64,000 nt of DNA from Sedimentisphaerales bacterium (GTDB lineage Bacteria > Planctomycetota > Phycisphaerae > Sedimentisphaerales > SM23-30), in NCBI GenBank assembly GCA_963666285.1, contig OY762711.1; one strand, written 5' to 3'. Under the pieces are notes generated by a model, which worked only from the letters and a program-made list of their open reading frames with translations, had not been told where the DNA came from and did not search any database. The position numbers were made by a program, and so were the translations under genes. How positions within the stretch are numbered: the first letter of the stretch is position 1; every line of letters starts with the position of its first letter. Positions 55,293 to 64,000 of this stretch are shown here, in pieces.

Positions 55293-55523
55293 TCAAATCT
55301 TTCCTTGGCTAACTCTTTCCTTTTCCCAATTTAACACAGAGTCTTCAGTGACTTCAATTATCTCGGCTAAGTTTTTTGCAGTAAGGTTTCTATCAAGTCT
55401 CATTTGGCGTATCTTTTCGCCGAGAGTTGTCGGGTTTTCTGGGTAATCTGGTATTTTTATAGACATTGGAAGTTCGTTATGATATTCATAATTATGTGGA
55501 AAATCGTGAGATAAAAATTTCAA
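55293..55523 (-). CDS. XRE-family HTH protein (short, possibly truncated element remnant)
   Basis: YPENPTTLGEKIRQMRLDRNLTAKNLAEIIEVTEDSVLNWEK; likely start at 55466. Confidence 0.7.
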   Translation of the reverse strand: MKFLSHDFPHNYEYHNELPMSIKIPDYPENPTTLGEKIRQMRLDRNLTAKNLAEIIEVTEDSVLNWEKERVSQGKI

Positions 55524-55549
55524 ATAGTTGTAGTTCTGTGCCGCCCGGG

Positions 55550-55586
55550 GTGCCCTTGCGGGTATGCTACCGACCCTAAACGGCAG
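55550..55586 (+). repeat. att-like copy of comM internal sequence (CPCGYATDPKRQ)
   Basis: 34/37 nt identical to 49022-49058; all three differences are synonymous. Confidence 0.85.
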
Positions 55587-55589
55587 GAG

Positions 55590-57440
55590 CTAAATAAAAG
55601 GGGTCGTCCTTTTATTTCTGTCCTGTCCTACATTTATTCTACGAGGATCAATTACCATCGATATTCTATTTTTAGCCGAAAAGTGAAGGTGTCCTGATGT
55701 ACGTTGACATCAGGAATAATTCGCTGTCGCGAGCTATTTTAAATCGCCTGCGGCGAAGAAAGAGCTAAACCACGAATGGACGCGAATAAACACTAATAAT
55801 ATATAATGTGACTCGCTACCGCTCGTGTTTTATTAATATAGGTACTTGGGAAGGAAATCTCGATGTGCCGGTAAAGCTGATTAATTGTTGCAGGTGGGGT
55901 GGGAAAATGCTTTACTACTGAAATATCTGAAGAGACGGAAAAAGGAAATAGGACATATGCGACGCATGCGACATATAGGACGGATAGGACAAATAAAGTC
56001 TGAGATCTCAGAAAAGATGGTGTTGCTGTTGTTCGACTTACAGCGCTCGCTCAGGACAGGTGTGTGACCAAGTTTAAATCGGCTGGCGCCGAATATGCCG
56101 AGCCAGTGCTCGGCGTTCCCAGGAATTATGAGTCGCTGCGCGAGGGCTGGTTTATTGTCAGGCAGGGATGCCTGACCTACTATGTCGTTAACGATGCTGG
56201 TTTGGTAGGAGATTGGAAGATATTAAGCAGAGTGATTTTGATAGTATTTGTCTATCGTAGAGGCTGCAAAGAATAAAGAGGATACTCGCTTCAGGCTTCG
56301 CTAAAGCTATGGCTCGATAAGAACGCTTTTATTTTATTTTTTTTAGAACCACGAAACACACAAAAAATCACGAAAAAAATATGAGATGGATAGGACGGAT
56401 TGAATTATGAAAAACTTTGTTTTACCATGAAGATAGTTAAGGGCATGAAGAAGAGTTTTTTGTGCCGTACATTACTGGGCTGCAAATTAAAAGGTAAAGG
56501 AAGAGTAATTTTGCGGAACGGCAAGTTAAGAACTAAGAATTTTGAGTGAAGAATTGAGGATTCGGCTTCGCCGAGATTGTTTAAAATCGCCTTCGGCGAA
56601 GAAAGAGCTAAACCACGAATGGACGCGAATAAACACTAATAATATATAAGGTGACTCGCTACCGCTCGTGTTTTATTAATATAGGTATTAGGGGCAGGGA
56701 ATGAAGCGGCTATGCCGAGGCTAATTAATCAGCGTGGGTAGTTTATCAAACAAGTTTGATAAAATCTACCCACCCTACTGTCATATGTAAGATATTTTGA
56801 GAAGGAAATATGGTGTTGCTTTTGTTCGACTTGCTGTGTTCGCTCAGGACAGTCGCGTGACCAAGTTTAAATCGGCTGGCGCCGAATATGCCGAGCTGGT
56901 GCTCGGCGTTCCCAGGAATTAGGAGTCGCTGCGCGAGGGCTGGTTTATTGTCAGGCAGGGATGCCTGATCTACTATGTCCTTAACGATGTTGGGTTGGTT
57001 GGAGATTGGAAGGATATTAAGCAGAGTGGTTTTGATAGGATTTGTTTCTCGCAAGGCTCGCAAAGATCGCAAAGTGTTATTGTGGAATATAACATTGACG
57101 GTCACGGACAGGCACAGACAAACACGGCAGACAGAACGACCAAAGGTCGTTAGAGATTAGAGCAGGTGAGCAGTAGAACAGGAATGTAGCCAACAGCGGC
57201 GAGCAGCCAGCTGTCAGGAAATACGTGCTTCGCACTCTGGCACTTTTCGACCGTAGCCGAAAAGTGAAGGTGTCGCTTATGCGACCTGTTTTAAATAATG
57301 TGCCGAGCTCCGCCTGCTGCGGATTTTATTCTGCTCAGCGTTGGCAGAGGTGAAGGTGTCGAAAAGAACGAAAAAAAATTGTCCGCTGAATCCTGCTGAT
57401 GGGCGCAGATAAAGAAAAATGGGGCGGACACTTTTTAGAG
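55590..57440. repeat. REP-like palindrome/short-tandem mosaic 2
   Basis: Internal direct repeats (about 55738-55846/56580-56689 and 56017-56270/56810-57070); GTAG REPs at 56156, 56732 and 56949; blocks shared with mosaic 1. Confidence 0.85.
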
Positions 57441-57655
57441 TTCTCCAAACTGCGAAATCAGGATTAAACCTATCACAACCAATTTGTACAAACATGCTGG
57501 CTGGCTAATGCTGCGCTGAAATAATTCTTGCCGATAATTTCCACCGTCATTACAATGTGTTTTTACAAATACAGAAAAAGATTTCTTTTGGAGCAATACT
57601 TGTGCCGAACAGGATTGTGTCTGCAACTTTAATTTCACTTTAGAAATATATATAT

Positions 57656-58819
57656 ATGACCAACCGAACTAATATTTTTACCCGTCAGCCGATATATTAT
57701 TTATATCTGCATCGGGTGTTGAACGAGTTTGCTGATAGTTTGATCAAGGTGTTTGTGCCTGTCGTTATTTATGACAGGACATCGTCAATAACTGCGGTTA
57801 TCTGGTTTGTGCTGGGCTATTATATACTCCAGTCGTTTCTGAATCTGACCTTGCGAAAGGTGTTGGTGCGTCGTCCGTTGCCGGTAATAGTTTTGCGTCT
57901 GCTGCCGGTACTGATCTTGCAGTTTTTGCTGATAAGTGATTTTTCCCGGCTCGATATTAATTTGTATATTGCCGCACTTGCGATAGCGACAGCTTTTTCG
58001 AATTGTTTATATTGGCTGCCGCTGAACTCGCTGTTTACAATGCTGGCGGGCGAAAAGACCGGAGTCAAAACCGGCCGCTTTACTGCAGCCTCTCGAATTG
58101 GTAATATGCTGGCGCCGATTTTGTCAGGTTTTCTGATCGGTAGTTTTGGGATATTCTCATCTGTGGTGCTGGCGATAGTATGTTATTTTCTGTCGATAGT
58201 TGTCCTTGTGCTATTGTCCTCGCATGTCAAAAGCTTTGTTAGCGAGCAAGAGGTCCGGAGAGAATCCAGGCTGGAACCAATAAAGCCAACCTTTGCACTT
58301 TTTGTTATGCTGTACTTTATGGTAGGGATATTCGATACAGCCGAGATGTTCTGGTCGTTATATATATACTCAGTTTCGGCCCGGTTTGTTATTGTTGGGC
58401 TGGCCACCGGTCTTATCAAACTGGGTGTGATACTGGCGAACCTTATAACAGGAACTCTAACCGATGCCGGTAGATGGTATATACCAGCGGTGGCGGCATT
58501 GATAATTTTTGGTGTTTTATGGCTGGCAAGGGTTTCTGTTACTGATATATACTGGATGTGCCTGATTTCGATAGCGACTGGATTCGTTAAGCCGTTTTTC
58601 CTGGTGCCCGCTTTTTCAAAATTTATTTGTTTTGTCAGGCGATCGGGGCAGGTTGATGATATGCTCATGTCGCGCGAGCTAAGCCTGAAGGCCGGCGGAG
58701 CATCAGCGATTGTGCTGAGCTTGCTTTTACCTGTTTCAGTCATCAAGGCACCGTTTGTTATTGCCGGGGCAGCGTCGATGGGGGTGGTAGTTTTGTTGAG
58801 GAAGATAGTTAAGAGCTAA
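57656..58819 (+). CDS. MFS-like transporter
   Basis: 387 aa with about 12 hydrophobic segments. Confidence 0.75.
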   Translation: MTNRTNIFTRQPIYYLYLHRVLNEFADSLIKVFVPVVIYDRTSSITAVIWFVLGYYILQSFLNLTLRKVLVRRPLPVIVLRLLPVLILQFLLISDFSRLDINLYIAALAIATAFSNCLYWLPLNSLFTMLAGEKTGVKTGRFTAASRIGNMLAPILSGFLIGSFGIFSSVVLAIVCYFLSIVVLVLLSSHVKSFVSEQEVRRESRLEPIKPTFALFVMLYFMVGIFDTAEMFWSLYIYSVSARFVIVGLATGLIKLGVILANLITGTLTDAGRWYIPAVAALIIFGVLWLARVSVTDIYWMCLISIATGFVKPFFLVPAFSKFICFVRRSGQVDDMLMSRELSLKAGGASAIVLSLLLPVSVIKAPFVIAGAASMGVVVLLRKIVKS

Positions 58820-59089
58820 TAGTTGTGGTGGGCTGGATAAATTCACAAAATAATGAATTCTGTTAATAGAGTTATGTTAAAACAAGTAAAAAAGACGTTC
58901 AAAGTATATCTTAAACTGAACAATATTGTCCAATAGTCAACAGCACTTGACGAAATTTGATATATAACTTACAATCAATGCCGAATTAATGTATAGGAGG
59001 ATGATATAGCGGGCGTTTCAGTTTCAGATCCGAATATCAATCCTGAAAATCCATAAGCTTTCCCTTTATCGAATTGAAAGGATACAGCC

Positions 59090-61453
59090 ATGCGTTTGAA
59101 TAAGTTATTAGCAGTCTCCCTGTTATCGTATCTGATTTTAATGGCAACGAGTTCAATTTATGCCGGAGATATCACCAGTTTTGACAGTTCGTGGCTGTTT
59201 TGCCAGGATGATGAGCTGACGGGTGCTGAGGTTGTCGGTTTTGATGACAGTGGCTGGCGAGAGGTTGACCTGCCGCATGACTGGAGTATCGAGGGGCCGA
59301 TCGACCGCGACAGCCCGACTGGCCGGGGCGGCGGTTTTATGCCGTGCGGGATAGCGTGGTATCGCAAATCGTTCGCGGTTCCGGCGTCTGATAAAGGCAA
59401 GCGTATATTTATCGATTTTGACGGGATCATGTCCAACAGTGAAGTCTGGGTTAATGGCAGGCCGCTGGGAACTCGTCCGTTTGGTTATGTTTCGATGAGA
59501 TACGAGCTGACCGATAAGCTGAACTACGGCGGAGCAAATATAATCGCGGTAAAAACCGATACCTACGATCAGCCGGCCAGCCGGTGGTATACCGGTGCGG
59601 GTATCTATCGTCATACATACCTGGTGAAAACCGCCCCGGTTCATTTTGAGCATTGGGGAGTATTTATTATGACGCCGAAAGTGACGGAAGCAAAAGCCGA
59701 GATCAAAATAGATAATAAAATTGTTAACCAGGGAGATACTGATCAGGATTTTCAAGTTGTAACGAATATATACAAAAAGGATGATATGACCAAGCCGGTA
59801 TTTGCGTTGTCGTCATCGGCTAAGGCCGCGGCCGGTAAGACGGTTGATATAACACAAGGCTGCCAGCTGTTGGGGCCGGCTTTATGGAGCGTTAAAAATC
59901 CGAACCTTTATATAGCAGAGAGTACGATAGTAAAAGAAGGTAAAGTAATTGATGTTGTAAAGAATATTTTTGGTATCCGCTCGTTTGAGTTTAAGGCAGA
60001 GACGGGATTTTGGCTGAACGGCGAGAATATAAAGATCAAGGGAGTATGTCTGCATCATGACGGCGGTGCGGTAGGTGCGGCGGTGCCGAAAGAATATTTG
60101 CGATATCGATTTGAGAAGCTGAAGGAGATCGGATGTAATGCGATTCGTACCGCCCATAATCCAATGTCGACAGAGTTTCTGGATTTATGTGATGAGATGG
60201 GTTTTGTGGTGATGGATGAGGTATTTGATACCTGGCGTGCGAGAAAAAATCATGCCGACTATGGCTATCAGCATTATTTCGATAAATGGTGGTATGCTGA
60301 TAATCGTGATACCGTTATGCGCGACCGGAACCATCCGAGCATTATCCTGTACAGTGCCGGAAATGAGATTCGCGACAACCTCGACAGTAAGAAAGGGTTC
60401 GATACTTTCAAGTCGATATACAATAATTTCAAGGAATACGACCCGACCCGACCGGTAACGCAGGGTGTTTTCAGGCCGAACCACAGCAACCTGTACGACA
60501 ATGGCTATGTAGAGATGATGGATGTGGTGGGTCAGAACTATCGAGAGAACGAGCTGGTAGCGGCGCATCTGTCCAGGCCGTCGCGTAAAGTGATCGGGAC
60601 AGAGAACGGTCATTCGCGAGAAGCGTGGCTGGTGCTGCGTGACAATCCGTATATGGCCGGTCAGTTTTTGTGGACTGGTATCGATTACCTGGGCGAGGCA
60701 GACTGGCCGAATGTCGGCTGGTCAAATGCATGTGTGAATCGCATCGGTACAATCCGTCCGCTGGGCTATCAGCGACAGAGCTGGTGGAGCGACGAGCCGG
60801 TTGTGCATATCGCGCGCCGGGAAGCGGCATCAGGCGGCGCAAGTGGGAATATAGGCGGCGGCGAGATAGTTTCGCATTGGACGCCGCGCGATTATGATAC
60901 TTACGACCAGGCAACAGTCGAGATATATAGTAACTGCGAGCTGGTCGAGCTGTTTCTGAATGATAAGTCGCTGGGCGAGAAGGTTGTGCCGGCGGATGCG
61001 TCGCCGATCAAGTGGGAGCTGGGCTTTAAGCCGGGAACGCTGAAGGCGGTCGGAAAAATTAATGGCAGAGAGGCAGCGGTATACGAGACGACCAGTTCGG
61101 CTTACCCGGTAGCGATAAAGATCGAGCCGAATAAGACAGTGATAGCAAATGAGTTTGACGATGCGGCTGTTGTGCTGGTATCGTTTGTGGATGAAAAGGG
61201 GATAAAATGTCCGTGGGCGGAAAAGCTAATAAAGTTTGAGATTTCCGGGCCGGGTAAGATTATTGCGGTCGATAACGGCGACCCGCAGTTTCATGATTCC
61301 TACCAGGCGTCTAAGTGTCGAACATTCCACGGGGAGTGTATGGTAGTTGTAGCGGCAACTGCTGATAGCGGCGATATAATGTTGAAGGCAACCTGTCGCG
61401 GGATCGAGTCGAGCAGTGTAACGTTGCAGTCGGAACCGGCGGCCCTTCGATGA
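59090..61453 (+). CDS. GH2 beta-galactosidase-like glycoside hydrolase
   Basis: Signal peptide; LPHDWSIE, SRWYTGAGIYR, GVCLHHD, RTAHNP, RDRNHPSIILYSAGNE, GQFLWTGIDYLGE. Confidence 0.95.
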   Translation: MRLNKLLAVSLLSYLILMATSSIYAGDITSFDSSWLFCQDDELTGAEVVGFDDSGWREVDLPHDWSIEGPIDRDSPTGRGGGFMPCGIAWYRKSFAVPASDKGKRIFIDFDGIMSNSEVWVNGRPLGTRPFGYVSMRYELTDKLNYGGANIIAVKTDTYDQPASRWYTGAGIYRHTYLVKTAPVHFEHWGVFIMTPKVTEAKAEIKIDNKIVNQGDTDQDFQVVTNIYKKDDMTKPVFALSSSAKAAAGKTVDITQGCQLLGPALWSVKNPNLYIAESTIVKEGKVIDVVKNIFGIRSFEFKAETGFWLNGENIKIKGVCLHHDGGAVGAAVPKEYLRYRFEKLKEIGCNAIRTAHNPMSTEFLDLCDEMGFVVMDEVFDTWRARKNHADYGYQHYFDKWWYADNRDTVMRDRNHPSIILYSAGNEIRDNLDSKKGFDTFKSIYNNFKEYDPTRPVTQGVFRPNHSNLYDNGYVEMMDVVGQNYRENELVAAHLSRPSRKVIGTENGHSREAWLVLRDNPYMAGQFLWTGIDYLGEADWPNVGWSNACVNRIGTIRPLGYQRQSWWSDEPVVHIARREAASGGASGNIGGGEIVSHWTPRDYDTYDQATVEIYSNCELVELFLNDKSLGEKVVPADASPIKWELGFKPGTLKAVGKINGREAAVYETTSSAYPVAIKIEPNKTVIANEFDDAAVVLVSFVDEKGIKCPWAEKLIKFEISGPGKIIAVDNGDPQFHDSYQASKCRTFHGECMVVVAATADSGDIMLKATCRGIESSSVTLQSEPAALR

Positions 61454-62269
61454 GCTCAGGGCGGGCGGCAGGCTAATTTAAATTTGAGCTTGATAGATTA
61501 TCTAAAAACATGTTAAAATAATATGTAGATCCTGTATCGGTCAGTTTTATTATTTTAAACATGTAAATAGATGGAATATATGAACATACTAATTATTAAT
61601 TCTAAATGTGAAAGAGCAAATGAACATTCAGTTCAGTTTGAATGTCCAAGTTGTAATAATGTATCTGAATCTGTGGCGACAGCGTTAAATTATAAATATT
61701 TTCTATTTAATTTAATTCCGTTTCTCTGGCATACTGATAACAGGCTGCAATGCGGCTCATGTCAGAAAGTATTTGAACTGGATTTTGAACCGGCAAAAGC
61801 GGAAATGTTCAAGCCTAAGGAATTAAAAGATTATGTGAATTTGCCACCTACAAAATTAGAGGTGGTATTTACAATTCTGGCAGTATTTTCCTGTCTTTTC
61901 CCTGTCTGGGGATTGTTAATTTCAGTTCCGGCTTTTTTTATTAACCGTAGGAAAAAAGGAAAATATAAAACGGTAACAACAACCTGTTTGTACATATCAA
62001 TTGGTTTAGCATGCTTTGTTGCAGCGATTATTATGTTTGTATTTTCTATTCCGCGCGAAAACTAAATCACATGTTATGCACAAATATTATACAAATTGTG
62101 GAATAAGATTCAGAGAAGTTGCGTTGAAAGCGGGAGCGGCGGAGTAATAATTTGCTCAAGCTGACCGAATGTCAGCTTGAGAGGTATTGGATATTAGTGT
62201 TCAGGTATTAGGGAAGGAAAGCCGCGGTCCTTCGATAAACTCAGGGCAGGCGGCAGACAAATTTAAATT
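61444..62269 (+). repeat. 41-bp direct repeat pair flanking the zinc-ribbon gene
   Basis: 61444-61484 versus 62229-62269, 36/41 identical (CCTTCGATxAxCTCAGGGC...). Confidence 0.8.
61571..62065 (+). CDS. zinc-ribbon membrane protein
   Basis: CPSC...FLFNLIPF...CGSC, then two TMs. Confidence 0.75.
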   Translation: MEYMNILIINSKCERANEHSVQFECPSCNNVSESVATALNYKYFLFNLIPFLWHTDNRLQCGSCQKVFELDFEPAKAEMFKPKELKDYVNLPPTKLEVVFTILAVFSCLFPVWGLLISVPAFFINRRKKGKYKTVTTTCLYISIGLACFVAAIIMFVFSIPREN

Positions 62270-63120
62270 ATTAATGTAACAGACTGTGCTATATTTTGTT
62301 ACAGCAAAGCAAAGTGTAGAATTGGTCAGTTTGAGTAATTTAAATATGTAACAAATTATCTGTTTCTACGTCTATATATTGAAAGTGAAAAATAATAATT
62401 AACCGAAGGTTTGTTTGAGAAGTATTAGTTTTTAGATATTGGACGTGATTGTTTAGGAAAGGATAATATGTTTCACACAATAACAGCACAAATGCAGGCT
62501 CGCATGAAATTTCTTGAAGATATAGATGCAACAGACAGGCAAGACGGCACCGAGCGGCTTAAGCGATTGCGGCAGATCCCGCCGGTGACGGGTAAGTTTA
62601 TTGCATTACAGGCGGTGAACTGTCCTAAAGGGAAGATGGTTGAGATAGGCACAAGTGCAGGTTATTCGACGATGTGGCTGTCGCTGGCGGCGAAAGAGCG
62701 GGGTGATGTGATAACAGCATTTGAGATCCTGCCGGAAAAAGTTGTCCTGGCAAAAGAGACATTCCGAGTGGCGGAGATAGAGCAGTATGTAAACCTGGTT
62801 GAAGGAGACGCAGTTGAATTTTTAGAAGATATGGATGAGATAGCTTTCTGTTTTTTGGATGCCGAAAAGGAAGTTTATGAGGAGTGCTATGAGCTTATCA
62901 AAGATAAGATAGTACCGGGCGGTTTGATCGTTGCTGATAATGCAATTAACCATTACGATACAATTAAGCCAATGATCGATAAAGCACTGGCAAACACTGA
63001 TTTTGATTCATTGGTGGTGCCGATCGGGAAAGGTGAGCTGGTTTGCAGGAGGATATAGCGGTGCACCAAAACTTTTTGGGCATATATAGATTAACTCAAG
63101 CTGACGTTTATTCAGTTTGA
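62155..63120. repeat. hairpin repeat pair flanking the O-methyltransferase gene
   Basis: CTCAAGCTGAC-CGAAT-GTCAGCTTGAG (62155-62181) and a degenerate copy at 63095-63120. Confidence 0.65.
62468..63058 (+). CDS. class I SAM-dependent O-methyltransferase
   Basis: [24 protein letters not shown]. Confidence 0.92.
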   Translation: MFHTITAQMQARMKFLEDIDATDRQDGTERLKRLRQIPPVTGKFIALQAVNCPKGKMVEIGTSAGYSTMWLSLAAKERGDVITAFEILPEKVVLAKETFRVAEIEQYVNLVEGDAVEFLEDMDEIAFCFLDAEKEVYEECYELIKDKIVPGGLIVADNAINHYDTIKPMIDKALANTDFDSLVVPIGKGELVCRRI

Positions 63121-63124
63121 ATGA

Positions 63125-63940
63125 TTATTCTGTTTTTTGGGAGTATACTCTTACGTACTCAACAGCCATAGTTTTCGGCAGTTGTTCATTATGGACATTC
63201 CCGGCCCATTTTGCCGCTTCAATAGTAATTTTAAGATAAGCAGGTGTTTGCATAACTCCCCCGGCAGAAGTTCTCCAGGTTTCTTCATCATCAATATAGA
63301 AGACATACTCCTTTTCATTCCACAGTAGAGCATACTTATGATATCCAGTATAAAGCCTGTCGGCATTTTCCATTGTATGTGCCTGGCTTTTGTGTTCTTT
63401 GCCATAGCCATCCCAATGCAGAGCATGATTGACATGATTCTTGTCGGAAAAGATAGATTCGTAAATGTCTATTTCTGTACCGTCTCTTCCGTCATTGCCA
63501 ACATTATTGCCATTGGCCGGCATCATCCAGAACGCCGTCCAGCCGCCATGAATGACAGGTACTTTACATTTGATTTCGAAATAGCCAAATTTCTTTTCGA
63601 AAAGCCCTTTTGTCCTGACGGCACCACAAAATATTTTGTTGTTGTCTTTACGTATACGCAGGATAAGCTTACCTTTACCATCAACAAAAGCGTCTTCATT
63701 GTTCCACTTACAGAACCCATCGCAGCGATCCCATTCCGGGCAATGTTTCCATTTTGTTTCGTCTAACTTATCGCCGTCGAATTCATCCTGCCATGCCAGC
63801 TGCCATTTAGCGGCATCTAAATTGCGGGGGAAGTCGCAATTATTGGGGTCGTTGATATTGTCTGCCCGGCAAAAAGAAAGCAAAGAAGCCAGCATTGAGT
63901 AAATGAATATTACAGATATTCTTTTCATTTTGTATTCCAT
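63125..63940 (-). CDS. GH16 glycoside hydrolase
   Basis: WQDEFDG, GWTAFWM, EIDIYE catalytic motif, VEYVRVY. Confidence 0.93.
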   Translation of the reverse strand: MEYKMKRISVIFIYSMLASLLSFCRADNINDPNNCDFPRNLDAAKWQLAWQDEFDGDKLDETKWKHCPEWDRCDGFCKWNNEDAFVDGKGKLILRIRKDNNKIFCGAVRTKGLFEKKFGYFEIKCKVPVIHGGWTAFWMMPANGNNVGNDGRDGTEIDIYESIFSDKNHVNHALHWDGYGKEHKSQAHTMENADRLYTGYHKYALLWNEKEYVFYIDDEETWRTSAGGVMQTPAYLKITIEAAKWAGNVHNEQLPKTMAVEYVRVYSQKTE

Positions 63941-64000
63941 ATTATTTATTGTTAGTGAGATTGGCTGTTGATTTTTCGGTTTGAGGTTTATACCACAAAC

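Noticed and set aside
49850..57440. CRISPR array or integron attC array
   Set aside because: No constant repeat with regular unique spacers, no cas or intI genes, and no convincing RYYYAAC...GTTRRRY cassette ends.
49764..57638. Short ORFs in the repeat mosaics (e.g. 51784, 51812, 55885, 56064, 56746, 56975, 57277)
   Set aside because: They are translations of palindromes and tandem repeats, and reading frames are not preserved between repeat copies.
62073..62106. Two DnaA-box-like 9-mers (TTATGCACA, TGTGGAATA)
   Set aside because: Only two imperfect sites; insufficient to call a cluster.

Overview
Bacterial chromosomal window that most likely contains the replication origin. The gene set (dnaN-DUF721-gyrB with no adjacent dnaA, a short PheT, repeat style) suggests a planctomycete, possibly Phycisphaerae; this is inference. 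1-43.6 kb is mostly minus-strand housekeeping genes (recG, nadE, mdh, pheT, hemB, rnhA, gyrB, dnaN). It also holds an XylR-regulated fucosidase/apiosidase-like sugar locus, a sigma54-driven hsp20 and chemotaxis/c-di-GMP genes. 43.6-46.2 kb is a 2.7-kb non-coding oriC-like region with DnaA boxes, DnaA-trios and two perfect parS sites, followed by parB, a frameshifted comEA and comM. 49.5-57.5 kb is an accessory hotspot behind comM with four notable parts: (1) two mosaics of REP-like palindromes; (2) an IS1111-type IS110 element inserted into one of these repeats, with two empty target copies nearby and a readable candidate bridge/seek RNA carrying target and donor guides; (3) three extra fragments of the comM 3' half; (4) a signal-peptide 'mini-RHS' toxin-like gene with candidate immunity genes. 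A second DnaA-box cluster lies at 7.0-7.7 kb, and an intergenic motif TTATAGGAC recurs. No rRNA, tRNA or CRISPR array was seen. All alignments and folds were done by eye.
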